NCBI GenBank assembly: GCA_009103225.1
Contig: RHPI01003156.1
Location: 864,159-928,158, forward strand
Origin: Chlorokybus atmophyticus
Taxonomy: Eukaryota > Plantae > Mesostigma and Chlorokybus algae
Length of the DNA: 64,000 bases
Direction: 5' to 3'
Under the pieces are notes generated by a model. It did no database searches. It was not told the origin of the DNA and saw only the letters and a program-made list of their open reading frames with translations. Positions 14,920 through 26,200 of this stretch are shown here, one piece after another. A program made the position numbers and the translations under genes. The first letter of the stretch is position 1, and each line of letters begins with the position of its first letter.

Positions 14920-15173
14920 TTCCTCCCCACTTGCATTGCAACGACCTCGTTGCAAAAAAGGATGAAACACATGTCCCGCACAGCTTCTGGAAAAGTTGGC
15001 CAAACCCGCCGATAGCTGCACTCCACGCGTGAAAGTAGTGCAAGTTACGGGAGTGACTAAACCAACTCTGATGCTAAGTACCAGTGCATGCGGTGTTGGT
15101 ATGTCACATGAAGCGGTTGTAGGCACGTGCACATGCTTTGACAACTGAGCACAAGCTCTGAGCACACGCTCTC

Positions 15174-17390
15174 TCAAGTGGCATCTGTGGATTTAAGCTC
15201 ATTCTTAAACTCCTCTAGCTTGGCAGCACAGTTTGCCAAGTTGGAAACAGGCTCCCAGGTGTTATGCTCTTCGCCATAACCAAGCCACTTCACCAAGCAT
15301 TGGGTTTGAAAGCTTTTTTGTACTTTCTGAACCGTTTGCCAACAATGGCCTCGACCTCATACTCAAGGTCGCCCTCCAACCCAACTGGAGGAGGAGGTTG
15401 CTGCACTAGACCGTCACTTTTGTATGATTACAGCAGTGCTACATGAAGCACATCATGTACACGCATGCTCTTTGGCAACTCTAGCCGAAAGGCACGCTCA
15501 CCTGCACTATCAGTGATGTGGAATGGACCCAACCATCTTGGTAGCAACTTGCGTACCCAGCTTGTTCTGAGTCGAATGTTCTTCGAACTCAACACTTGGT
15601 CTTCAACTTGGACATCATTTTCAGGCCTTTGTTTCATGTTGGCATACATCTTTTGCCTATCTTGTGCTGCTCTCAGGCAGTCTTTCGCATGTGCCAATGC
15701 GGCATGCATGCTTTCAGTGAAGTTTCTGGCCATAGGCACTTTTTTGAACGGCTCAACACTCAGAGACATAGGTGTCAACACATGGTGACCGTAGTTCAGA
15801 TCGAACGGAGTGCTACGTAGCGACTCACGCCGTGCATTGTTCACAACGAGCTCAGCTAACGGCAAGAACACATCCCACTCAATGACGTGTAGCGGCGCAG
15901 CACATCTTCAAGCACCTGGTTGACGCACTCCGTCTGTCCATCATTCTGTGGATGGTAAGTAGTGCTCAAGCTCTGCTTAATCCCCAAGTACCGGCACACA
16001 GCCTGCCAGAACTGGCTCACAAACTTGGGGTCACGGTCTGATACCAACTCTTTGGGTACACCGTGTGATCTGAACACCGAGTTCACAACGACAAACGGCA
16101 AACTCTTGCGCATCAGTGTCCATGCGACACGGCTCAAATTTGACCATCTTGGTCAAGCGATCAACAAAGACAATAACAGCACTGTGTCCTTTATTTGTCT
16201 CAGGTAGATTTGTGATTGGATCCATGCTCACATTTTCCCACTAATAGTTGGGAATAGCTAAGGGCTTCAGCAACCCTGCTGGCTTCCTGTGCGAGGCTTT
16301 GTCTCTTTTACATGTGTCACAACATGCGATATACTTGGATGCATCAGCACCCAAGCTTGGCCACCAGTACCATCTCTGCAGCTGCTTGATGGTCTTTGTC
16401 ATTCCCATGTGCCCACTGTACACGGAATTGTGTGCCTCAAACAGACACTCTTGCCTTAAGCCGAGTGCATCTGGCACTATCAACTTGCCCTCACGGTACC
16501 ATAGGCCCTTGTGACAAGCGATCGTGTCGTCTGCTTGCTTCAGCAACTTAAGAAACCATGTGTCAAGTGCATAAGCATCAGGCAAACGCTGTATGATATC
16601 TTTCACATCGACGGCCATTGGGTCCTCCTCACTTGGCTCGTGAACTGCCAACGGTGCTTCATAGTCTGCATTCTCAAGCTCAGTTGGCATCTCATTGGTC
16701 TCTGTTGCCACTGCTATCTCACTAGCAGCGAGCTCATGCTCAGGTGGCAACTCAGAAGTACTGGCACTGGCATTACTTGCTTGTGCCCATCCTTGGCTTC
16801 GTGCACGTGCACGTGTTGTCACTGCGAACAGCAGCGACGAACGGCTCAAAAAATCTGCCACATTTACTCTCCCTGGTCTATAAACCCAGGTGAGTTTGAA
16901 TCTCGACAAGTACTCAGCCCACCTTGCTTGTCTTCTTGACAAGGTTGGTTGGGTCGAAAAGAACACAAGGGGGTTGTGGTCCATGATTGCACTGAACCCG
17001 CCTTCCACCCCCTCAAGATAGCAACGCCACTCCTGTAGCGCATGGACTACCCCCAACAGCTCGTGCTCAGTTGTTGTATAGTTCCTCTCAGCTAGAGGAA
17101 ACTTCTTGCTAACATAAGCAAGGGGGTGCCCACTCTGGAGCAATACAGCATTAGTGCCCTCAACAGATGCATCATAGAACATCTTAACAGGCTTGGTAAA
17201 GTCCAGCAGCTGCAACAAAGGCGCTGTCACCAAAACCTCTTTGATGGACTCGACGGCTTTTTGCTGCCTCTGTAACCACCTCCACACCACTTTGTCACGC
17301 AACAGATTAGTGAAAGGGGCAACACGCAATGAATAACCCAAGATATACTTGCATAAGTAGTTGCTCAATGTTAAGAATGCGCGCAGCTCA
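15174..17390 (-). mobile_element. Chromovirus-type Ty3/Gypsy pol remnant (RT thumb, RNase H, integrase, chromodomain), 5'-truncated
   Basis: ELRAFLTLSNY; FYDASVEG; ERNYTTTEHELLGVVHAL; HNSVYSGHMG..CDTC; SMDPIT..VDRLTKM; VSDRDPKF; HPQNDGQTE. A frameshifted C-terminal chromodomain reads EYEVEAIVGKR..LVKWLGYGEEHNTWEPVSNL, with the stop at 15174. Confidence 0.9.
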
Positions 17391-19057
17391 TACAGCCCTC
17401 GAGGTGGCACACATGGAGGAGCAAGCAGCAGTGACAGTCGAAGACATTCCCGCGGTTGCCAATGCAACCTCATGGGATCATGCCATTGGCCCTCTTGCCA
17501 CAAAAAACACGTGAGAAAAGTTGGAGGCTCTCTTCAACAACTGGAGGAGCCAATTCAGCTTTAACGTAAAGGAGTTTGATGCATGCTCAGTATCAAATGG
17601 ATATCGAGCTAAATAAACTGACAGCTAGTGTTCCGACGGCAATACAGGCTCTCCAAGTTGGAAGAGGACCTGGTGGAGCAGAGATGCAAGGCTTTGCTGG
17701 ATGCTAGCCCTATTGAAGAGTCCACATCGGACTTTGCAGCGGCAACCGTCATGCCATCAAAGAGGATTTAGCAGGCAAATTGAACAGAACGGCGCATGTG
17801 CAGCGACTATCGCCCCCTCAACAACAAGACTAAGCAAGACAGGTACCCCATGCCTACCGCAGAGGGTACGCAGAGGGTACCTTTGATGATGTGAGAGACT
17901 ACACGGTCTTTAGCATCCTTGACATGCATCAAGGGTACAACAAAATCGCCATCAAGGATGAGGACAAGCACAAGACCTCCTTCTGGGGCAACTGACAGTT
18001 GCACCAATGGAAGGTGGTGCCGTTCGGGCTGAAAAATGCCCCCCCCAAGTTGTAATGCGTTATGGACAAAGCCTTGATGAGGTTGGACTTCGCGCGGTTC
18101 TACGACGACGACATCCTCATCTTCAGCCGCAGCAATGAGGCGCATCCAGCACATTGAAGCAGTGCAAGCAGTGGAACGGCTCAAGGGAGTGGGGATGACT
18201 GTACACCCTGACAAGTGTACTCTCTTCACCCACTTTTAATAGTTAGACATATGAGACACACTACAACACTACTTGAGTTTGGCTATCAACAACCATACCA
18301 TGGACATCATGATAGTGCACGCACAATAGAGGCTACACAAGCAGTACAGCATGTCAAGTGAACTACTACTCATGCTTACGCATGTCTGATATATTGTGGT
18401 ATTGCTATTTGCTATAGCCACGGCCTTTTGCATAATATCTAGAGCTACCACCACATTGTGCTGAGCATCTATTGGCTTCTGGTGTTGACATTCAGTTTAT
18501 TGACAGCATCCGGACCCTTCAGAGCCTTCAGAGCTTCCACTGATATTGCTATCAGAGACTCCAATTTTAACGATATCCGTCTTACAAACCCTCGACCTCT
18601 AATATCCGCAGTCAGACTCACAACTCGTTGATGTCTGCACCATTGACAGCCCCAACGGCTGTCCATACTACAAGTTAAGGACTTAGCCAAATCTAGCAGT
18701 TCTAGGCTGACTGTCTACATGAACAGCCGTGCAAGTGCCTATCACCAACACCCACAAGCTGCCATATTGTAATAATGATGTGTATGTGCAACATGCAAAA
18801 GTAGAGGCTCTGGCAGCTATCCCTACCCCAGCGGACCTCACACGCTTGCGCGCCTTCTTGGGTTTTGCCAACCATTATTGCTGGTTTGCAAAGGACTTCG
18901 CTACAGTTGCAAGGCCCTTCAACAAGATATTGAAGAAGAAAGTGGAGTTCGCGTGGAAGGAGCCACAACAGCAGGCCTTTGAAGAGCTGAAGAGCGGGCT
19001 CACCACAGCTCCCATTCTTCAACATCATGATTATGCCAAGCCTTTCATTCTTCGCAC
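17383..19057 (+). mobile_element. Degenerate sister copy of the PHD-Gypsy family, left part (RT to start of RNase H)
   Basis: Frameshifted homology to 22300-23460 of the main element (AAHTALE.AHMEEQAAVTVE, RLSKLEEDLVEQRC, LTRLRAFLGFAN, KPFILRT). Interrupted at 19057/19058. Confidence 0.88.
18234..18748. mobile_element. 515-bp insertion in the degenerate RT, flanked by CACCCAC direct repeats
   Basis: CACCCAC at 18227-18233 and 18749-18755. RT homology stops and resumes at these points. 18602-18638 resembles the terminal repeat sequence at 42032-42067. Confidence 0.5.
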
Positions 19058-19062
19058 CACAC

Positions 19063-19301
19063 TGTCGTGCCTGCCATGGTCGAGGGCAACCTTGTCTCGG
19101 ACAGGCTGCAGAGGAGTGCTAGTGCTGCACGCATGCTAGTGCCGTGCACTGCATTGGAGTCATGCAAGCAAAAGACAACCCCCCAATCGTGGGCATAGGC
19201 TTGAAGATGAGCCTACGCGGTGTTTAGTGCAGTGGACGAGCCGATGCCGCTCGCCACCTTTGTGTACAGACTGTGTCGTAGGGCACACAGTCAACAAGCC
19301 A
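19063..19301 (-). repeat. Repeat B2 (239 bp), 3' terminus of the element
   Basis: Direct repeat of 19954-20192 with about 5 mismatches by eye; ends CACGACA on the minus strand. Confidence 0.93.
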
Positions 19302-19951
19302 CTACGATAGGTAGTGCTGTGGACACAGTTCTTTGCATGAGTGGATAGAATGATACACTGTTAAGTGAGGTGAATGAGTGTGCAACACGTGGATACAACA
19401 CCCTGACTACTGAAACAACACACCACCGTCAAGCTCACAGCAATGGCAGGCACAGCGCACAAGAGCATGCACCGTGTCTCACGCAGTAAGGGAATTCTTG
19501 GCAACCGGGGCAGCGTGCTTCCAGTTCAAGTCGCTTCACAAGCTCTTTAGAAACAGAGTCTTTACTTCTTAGTACTCCTAGTACTCACAGTACTCACTTA
19601 CAGTGTCACCAGCCAGTCTGGTGACGTGACTTCCTACTTATACATGTCAAATCATGACTGTGCAGTGCCACGCGGGCACTAGGCCAACGGTCACATCGAG
19701 GCCTCATGCTATTTCGGAAATCTCCTAAGACTTGATATAGCACATGTGTTCTTAACAGACTTACAACTGATCAGCTACGCGCGGTCCCTACAGACAGGTC
19801 TATAAAGTAGCCCTAGCTACATGCTACATGAGTGGTACAGTAGCTAGCAGTAGGCTGGGGCTCGCGCGGTCTTCATGCTGGTAGCCCGGGCGTGGGGCTG
19901 GGTGTAGGCATGCTCGAGAAGGACTGGCATGCGAGGGTAGATGGCATGACA
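19289..19951 (-). repeat. Repeat A2 (663 bp including a 13-bp overlap with B2)
   Basis: Direct repeat of 28735-29397 with about 5 transition differences by eye. Confidence 0.93.
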
Positions 19952-19953
19952 GC

Positions 19954-20192
19954 TGTCGTGCCTGCCATGGTCGAGGGCAACCTTGTCTCGGACAGGCTGC
20001 GGAGGAGTGCTAGTGCTGCACGCATGCTAGTGCCGTGCATTGCATTGGAGTCATGCAAGCAAAAGACAACCCCCCAATCGTGGGCATAGGCTTGAAGATG
20101 AGCCTACGCGGTGTTTAGTGCAGTGGACGAGCCGATGTTGCTCGCCACCTTTGTGTACAGACTGTGTCGTAGTGCACACAGTCAACAAGCCA
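19954..20192 (-). repeat. Repeat B1 (239 bp), directly after the PPT
   Basis: Minus strand reads AGGGGGGG then TGGCTTGTTGACT...CACGACA, then GC, then A2. Confidence 0.93.
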
Positions 20193-20238
20193 CCCCCCCT
20201 GAGATTCTGGGGTAGCCCTCTGCTCCAGAACTCAGTTC

Positions 20239-23200
20239 CTACCGACTGTGTGGGGGACCGTTGATGCGGCAGTCATCGCACCAGTACTCCCACAAGGGTA
20301 CTGCGTCCAGTGGAGGGTCAAGGCAATAGCAGTGCATGCCTTGATTACAGCCGTCGCATAACATCATCAATGGGTCGTCGTCGGCGCTGCCACACTTCTC
20401 GCATCGGGTGCTGCGCAGCGGACGCGGGTGCTGGATCTTGGTGAAGCCAGCAATGTAGGGGAGATGACAGGGCGCACAGTTGACCATGTTGTCCTTCATG
20501 CGCTCGCCTCGTTGTCCCAACAGGTCCAGTACCCCTGTGGGGTGCACCTTCAATACCTTGTAGACAGCACGCCCGACGGAGGTATCGAGGGTGTCGCGTG
20601 TAGACGCCATACGGTAGACGAAGTCTCCTGACTCGAAGCGGCGCTCCCGCTCCTTGTAGAAACCACTGCGCACACGCTCGTAACGCAGCGTGTCGCGGTG
20701 CTGCGCGATGCGCAGGTTGTTGAAGGCCATGGGGACTGTGTGTTCGAACAGCGCACTGCGCACTGTCAGATCATACAACATCTCGTCGGGGTTGTCGAGA
20801 TTGTCCACCACTCTGTCGACCTCCTGCTGTGCGCGGAAAGGGAGCAATGGCTGCCTTCCGAACAGTAGATAGTATGGGCTGTACTCTCGCAGGGCTGCCT
20901 GCTTGGACAGCCGGTAGCCCATTGCTACCCATGGGAGGTGATCATCCCAGGTATTCTTCTCGTAGGCGAGGACGTACTTGCGCAGTGCCTTCTTGATGGT
21001 CTGCACGGTACGCTCGGCGAGGCCGTCGGCCTGCGGGTGGTCGCGTGAGGTGCGACGGTGGTCGATGAAGCATCTGTCGATAAGCTTGTCGAAGGCTCCT
21101 CTGAACTCCGTACCCTGGTCGGTGATGACTTCAGCGCAGCTGCCGAAACGTCCGAGTACATGGGAGAGGAAAGCCTGGGCTACTCCCTCACTGCTCTTGT
21201 CGGGCAGGGGCACCAGCTCCACCCACTTGGAGAAGTGCTCGATCATGACGAGGATGTAGCGGTTGCCTCGCGCTGAGGGCGCTAGGTCTCCGAGGATGTC
21301 CAGTCCCCAGCGGTAGAACAACCCGGAAATGGGAAGGGGATGCAAGGTGGCATTGCGCGTGTTGAGGCTGGCGCGAACCATGTCACACTGCTGACAGTTG
21401 CTGACGAACTCCCGCACCTGTCTGTGCACCCCATACCACCAATACTGGGTCCTGACCAGGCTGACCGTGCGCTTGACACCGAAGTGCACGAGCTCGGTGT
21501 GAAGGGAGGAGATGATGCCTTCACGTGCAGCTGGTGTGGGGACCTCCGGATCTGCATCTTGTATCCGTCGATACAGCCTGTCGTTGGCCCAGCGGTAACG
21601 CTGAGTGCGTTGTCGGACGCGGTCCTTCTCGCGTGCGCTCATGCCTACTGGAAGTTGTCCAGTCTGAAGCAGTGCGAGGGATGGCTCGTCCAGCCAGATG
21701 TCTTGTCGTGTGTCGGTGGGTGCCAGCTCCTCATCATCCACCTCAGGGTCGGCAGCGATTGCTTCTTCTGATAAAGGATCGGTGGTGATGGCGGGCTCGA
21801 GAGCGGGCATGTCCCCGTCTGCTGCTGCCTCTGTGGTCTGAGTCCTGCGTCCCGAACGTAGCGCAGCGACAGCGAACATGGTGGCCACACCTGAAGGTGC
21901 AGCTGTAGGACCCAACTCATGTCGGGCGCCCGTGGTGTCGTTGGTGCTGAGGTGGGGGTTACGGCTGATGCCATTCGCATCCTGGTTGGCAAGGCCTGCG
22001 CGGTGTTCCACCTCGAAGTCGTACTCTTGGAGCAGCAGCGCCCATCGTGCTAACTTTCCTGTCAAGTGCTGGTTGTTCATTAGCCACTTGAGGGGTTAAT
22101 GGTCAGTGACCAGTTGGAACTGCCGTCCAAACAGGAAGGGTCGGAAGAAGGAGATGGCCCACACTGCGGCGAGACACTCCCCTTTGTAGCTGCTGTAGTT
22201 GGCCTCAGCACTGTTGTTGCTGCGGCTGGCGTACGACACTACGCGCTCCTTCTTGTTGTTGTCATGCTGTACGAGCACGGCCTCCATGCCGAGCTTGCTC
22301 CAGTCTGTGTGCAAAATGAACGACCGGGTAGTCAGGGCGTTGCAGAATGGGAGCTGTGGTGAGGCGGAGCTTCAGTTCCTGAAAGGCCTCCTGTTGTGCC
22401 TCCTTCCACAAGAACTCGGTGTCCTTCTTCAGTAGTTCGTTGAGAGGCCTTGCGATCTTGGCAAAGTCTTGAACAAACCGTCGGTAATAGTTGGCAAGGC
22501 CGAGGAAGGCCCGCAGCCGCGTGAGGTTTGTGGGGGCAGGGATAGCCACCAGTGCCTTCACTTTGGCCTGCTGTACGTACACACCATGGGGCACAATCAT
22601 ATGTCCTAAGTAGTGTACCTTGTGGGTGAAGAAGGTGCACTTGTCAGGGTGCACCGTCATCCCGACTTCCTTCAGCCTCAGTAGCACCTCTTCGATGTGC
22701 TGGAGATGCTCCTCATTGCTGTGACTGAAGATGAGGATGTCGTCGATGTAGCAGCGCGCGAAGTCCAACCCCTTGAGGGCTTTGTCCATGACGCGCTGGA
22801 ACTTGGCCGGAGCGTTCTTCAGTCCGAAGGGCATGACCTTCCACTGGTACAGCTGCCGGTTTCCCCAGAAGGAAGTCTTGTGCTTGTCCTCCCTCCTTGA
22901 TGGCGATCTGGTTGTACCCTTGGCGCATATCCAGGATACAAAAGACCGTGCAGTCTCCTACATCGTCAAAGATGCCTTCTGCAGTAGGCATCGGATACCT
23001 GTCCTGCTTGGTCTTGTTGTTGAGGGGGCGATAGTCGCCACACATGCGCCGGTCTGTCCAGTTGCCTGCTGAATCTTTCTTCAGGGGCATGACGGTCGCG
23101 GCCGCAAAGTCCGATGTGGACTCCTCGATCAGGCCTGCATCTAGCAGCGCCTTGCACCTCTGTTCCACCAAGTCTTCTTCTAGCTTGGAGAGGCGGTACT

Positions 23201-26200
23201 GTCTTCTAAACACCGGTTCGGTGTCCATTAATTCAATGTCCATCTGGTATGCTGAGCAGATGCCCAGCTCCTTCACACTGAAGCTGAATTGGCTCCTCCA
23301 CTTGTTGAAGAGAGCCTCGAGTTGCTCTCGAGTCTGGCCTGTGGCTAGCGGTCCAATGGCGTGGGACCACGAGGTAGCGTTGGCCACCACTGGAATGTAT
23401 TCCACAGTGACTGCTGCCTGCTCCTCCATGTGGGCGGTCTCGAGGGCGGTATGTGCTGCTTTGGTCTCTGAAAAGCGAGCAATCCACCCCCCAGCCAGGT
23501 GTTCGAGCTCCTGGAAGGACACATGGCGGTCCTGGAGAGCAAAGCACATTTCCAAGTACCACACCATGCTGTTCTGATCCATGGCGCGCCCTAACAACTG
23601 ACATTGTTGACTGGTTGTCAGCGTGGAGCTTGTGATGCTGCCTGGAAAGAATCCCATAGCACGCTCGCGCTCGCGGGCATTGGGTTCTTTCAGCTGTCCA
23701 GTGTTGGAGTCCAACACCATGCCGTCGCCTGCATTGCGGAACGCGTAGGAGCCTGGATAGGATACAAGTGTGGGTAGCGCGCGGCGCGGCTGACCAGGCT
23801 GGTTGCACTGGTAGAAGTGGTGGTGGTCAAGGCGTGTGACTGGTTGCGCTGTGCATCCTGGGTCCAGGATGTCATCGACGACGAGATTTTGTGGCCGGGT
23901 TTGTGGCCGGAAGCATCCGCCTCACAGGACTGCATCATCCTCATCCCAATGTGGTCGAAACCATGCCTGCTCAGTCCAGCAGTCCAGCCCCATGCCGACA
24001 GGGAAGTTGCAGTCCTGTCCCAACAGTAGGTCAAAAGACCCGGCATCGGTGACCACACACCTTTGTACAATCTCGGTGCTGTGGGAAGGGTTTAGTCCTG
24101 TGAGGCGGATGCTCACAGCCTGCTTGGTAAGGCCGAGTACCTTGTCGCGGTTGCCGGTTGCGATGTCCAGCTGGTAGGGACAGGGAAGCAGCTCAGCGCT
24201 GGTGATGCCGAGATCTCGTGCGAGATAGCGCCCAATGATGACAGGCTGTGCTCCAGTGTCCAGCATCACGTGTTTGGGTGCCCGCCCATTGACGGTCACG
24301 TGCTTGCCTTGGTTGGCGATCATGGCTGCATTGGCGTTGATGCGCAGCCTCTTCAAGCGACGGAACCTCTTGCGTGGAGAGACTGTTGCTTTATTCTCAT
24401 CTGCGGGGCCTGACCGTAGGGCAGCCAGGGCTCCTCTGCCTGATGGATCTTGTGGGCCTCCTTGTCCTCGGCTTTGTCCAAACCGTCCTTGTCGCGGTTG
24501 CTGGTACACGCGTGGTGGCCTAGGCACTGGAGGTGCTGCTGCAACCTGTCCAAGTGGAGGTGCAGGAGGGTTGACCCTCTGTGCAGCTGTTGTCATGCCA
24601 GGAGGAGTGGCCAGTGGCTGTGGCGGGAACCCTGGAGGACCTGGTGTTTGCGGGACTGCCTCTCGTGCAGCCTGCTCCTCTGCATAGGTCCATCGCACAG
24701 CATGGGCTGCCTCTCTGACTAGTGTACCTTCCCATGTCGCCGTCGCATTATTTTCCGCATCTATATAGCGATGGTTCTGAGGCATGGGCTGCAGGTACAC
24801 TGCGCGTAGGAGCCGCGCTCTCATGTCGTGGGTGATGGTGGGCACCCTGAGGATCCCTGCCATGTAAGCATCCCATTTGCCGTTGACCACTCCCACTTCC
24901 AGCACTGTGATTGCTCGTGTGCGTACAGTGAGCCGGGTCTCTGGCTGTTGGACATGCTGCTCGTAAGCAGTGGCGATGCGCCTGCGCTGACGTCCTGCCT
25001 CCACTCCTGGCAAACTCAGTATCGCCTCCAAAGCTCCCTCCAGAGTGTCAGTGGCGGCGGAAGCCACTTCATTATAGGCTTGCCGTATGGAGCGAAGGAA
25101 TGCGTCCACCCACGCTATTCTGGCGTCGAAAGCGAACAACGGGACTGCAGGATGGTTGGTAACCAGCCACGTCACTAACCGTGCGCGTGCCGCGTTGCCA
25201 TTGTCTCGCATCCCAAGCATCTGCCGCAGTCCGATGCCTTCTTGCCGATGCAGCATGGTTGCTTGTCGCAACAGAGCAGTGCGTAGTTGTTGCTCTCCAA
25301 CCAGTCCTGCTCCATCTCTTTGTGTACACCCTTGTGGTGTAAGGTAGCCCCTCCCTGGCTCCCTTTGGTCCTTAGGTAGATCCTCCACCAGCGCAGGCAG
25401 CAACGGGGCGATCACCCCCCTGGTTTGTTGAGCCAACGCCCTCGCTTGGTCAGAGTTGGTCTCGACGAAGAGCGGAGTGGTGCTGGAGGATGGACCAGCA
25501 GTTGGTGACTGAGGTATTGGTGCACGTGTAGCTTCAAGAGCTTGTTCACGTGCAGCAATGGCGGCAGCTTGATCCTGTCGCCAATGATATGCTTGTTCCA
25601 GTGCGTGGTAGCGCTGATGAAGACGAGCGGTTGTAGGAGGTCCGAGTGCTTCATCAGTGCCCAAAGGCAGGTCGGCTGCGTCGGCGATTCGCTGCTGGAT
25701 GGCGTCTCGGCGGTCCCGATATGTGTCCAACGGGCTGGGTTCAACGGTGGTGGTTGGCATGCGTGCAGGCTGGCGCGGGGCGGTCTGCATGTTGTTGTGC
25801 AACGCCCCGAGCAGCTGCAGAGCCAACTCCAACACTACAGGTGGGCTGTAGCTGATCAAAAACACCCTGTCACGCATCGGCGGTGCAGTGCCAGCAAGGA
25901 TCTCATCTTCTAACTGGTGTTGAGTGAGTGCTGGAAGGGTGTGAACCTCTGGTAGCGGGAAGACGCGATCATCGCGAGCGACACGCGTGGTGCGCTCCCC
26001 CCCCCGACCGAAGGCGATGGTAGTGGGGTCTGCTCCGCGCAGGATGGTCTCTCATGCTCGCTCAGCTTGCTGACCAGTTGGGACAGCCTGCGTGACGTCG
26101 AGAGCGGGCAGAGTGGCTGCGCGCGTCGCTGCAGAGACAGCGGGCTCGACGATGGCCATTGTGGCAGTTGCGACTGTATCGGTCGGTGGTGCGAGAGTTG

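Noticed and set aside
16241-17503. 420-aa ORF as a single protein
   Set aside because: Its first ~35 aa are antisense sequence of a different element; the ORF is a chance read-through across the 17383 junction.
19063-19951. Reading A2+B2 as a normal 889-bp 3' LTR
   Set aside because: It has TG..CA ends, but no PPT precedes it, the 5' end lacks B, and the PPT precedes B1 in both this copy and the divergent sister copy.
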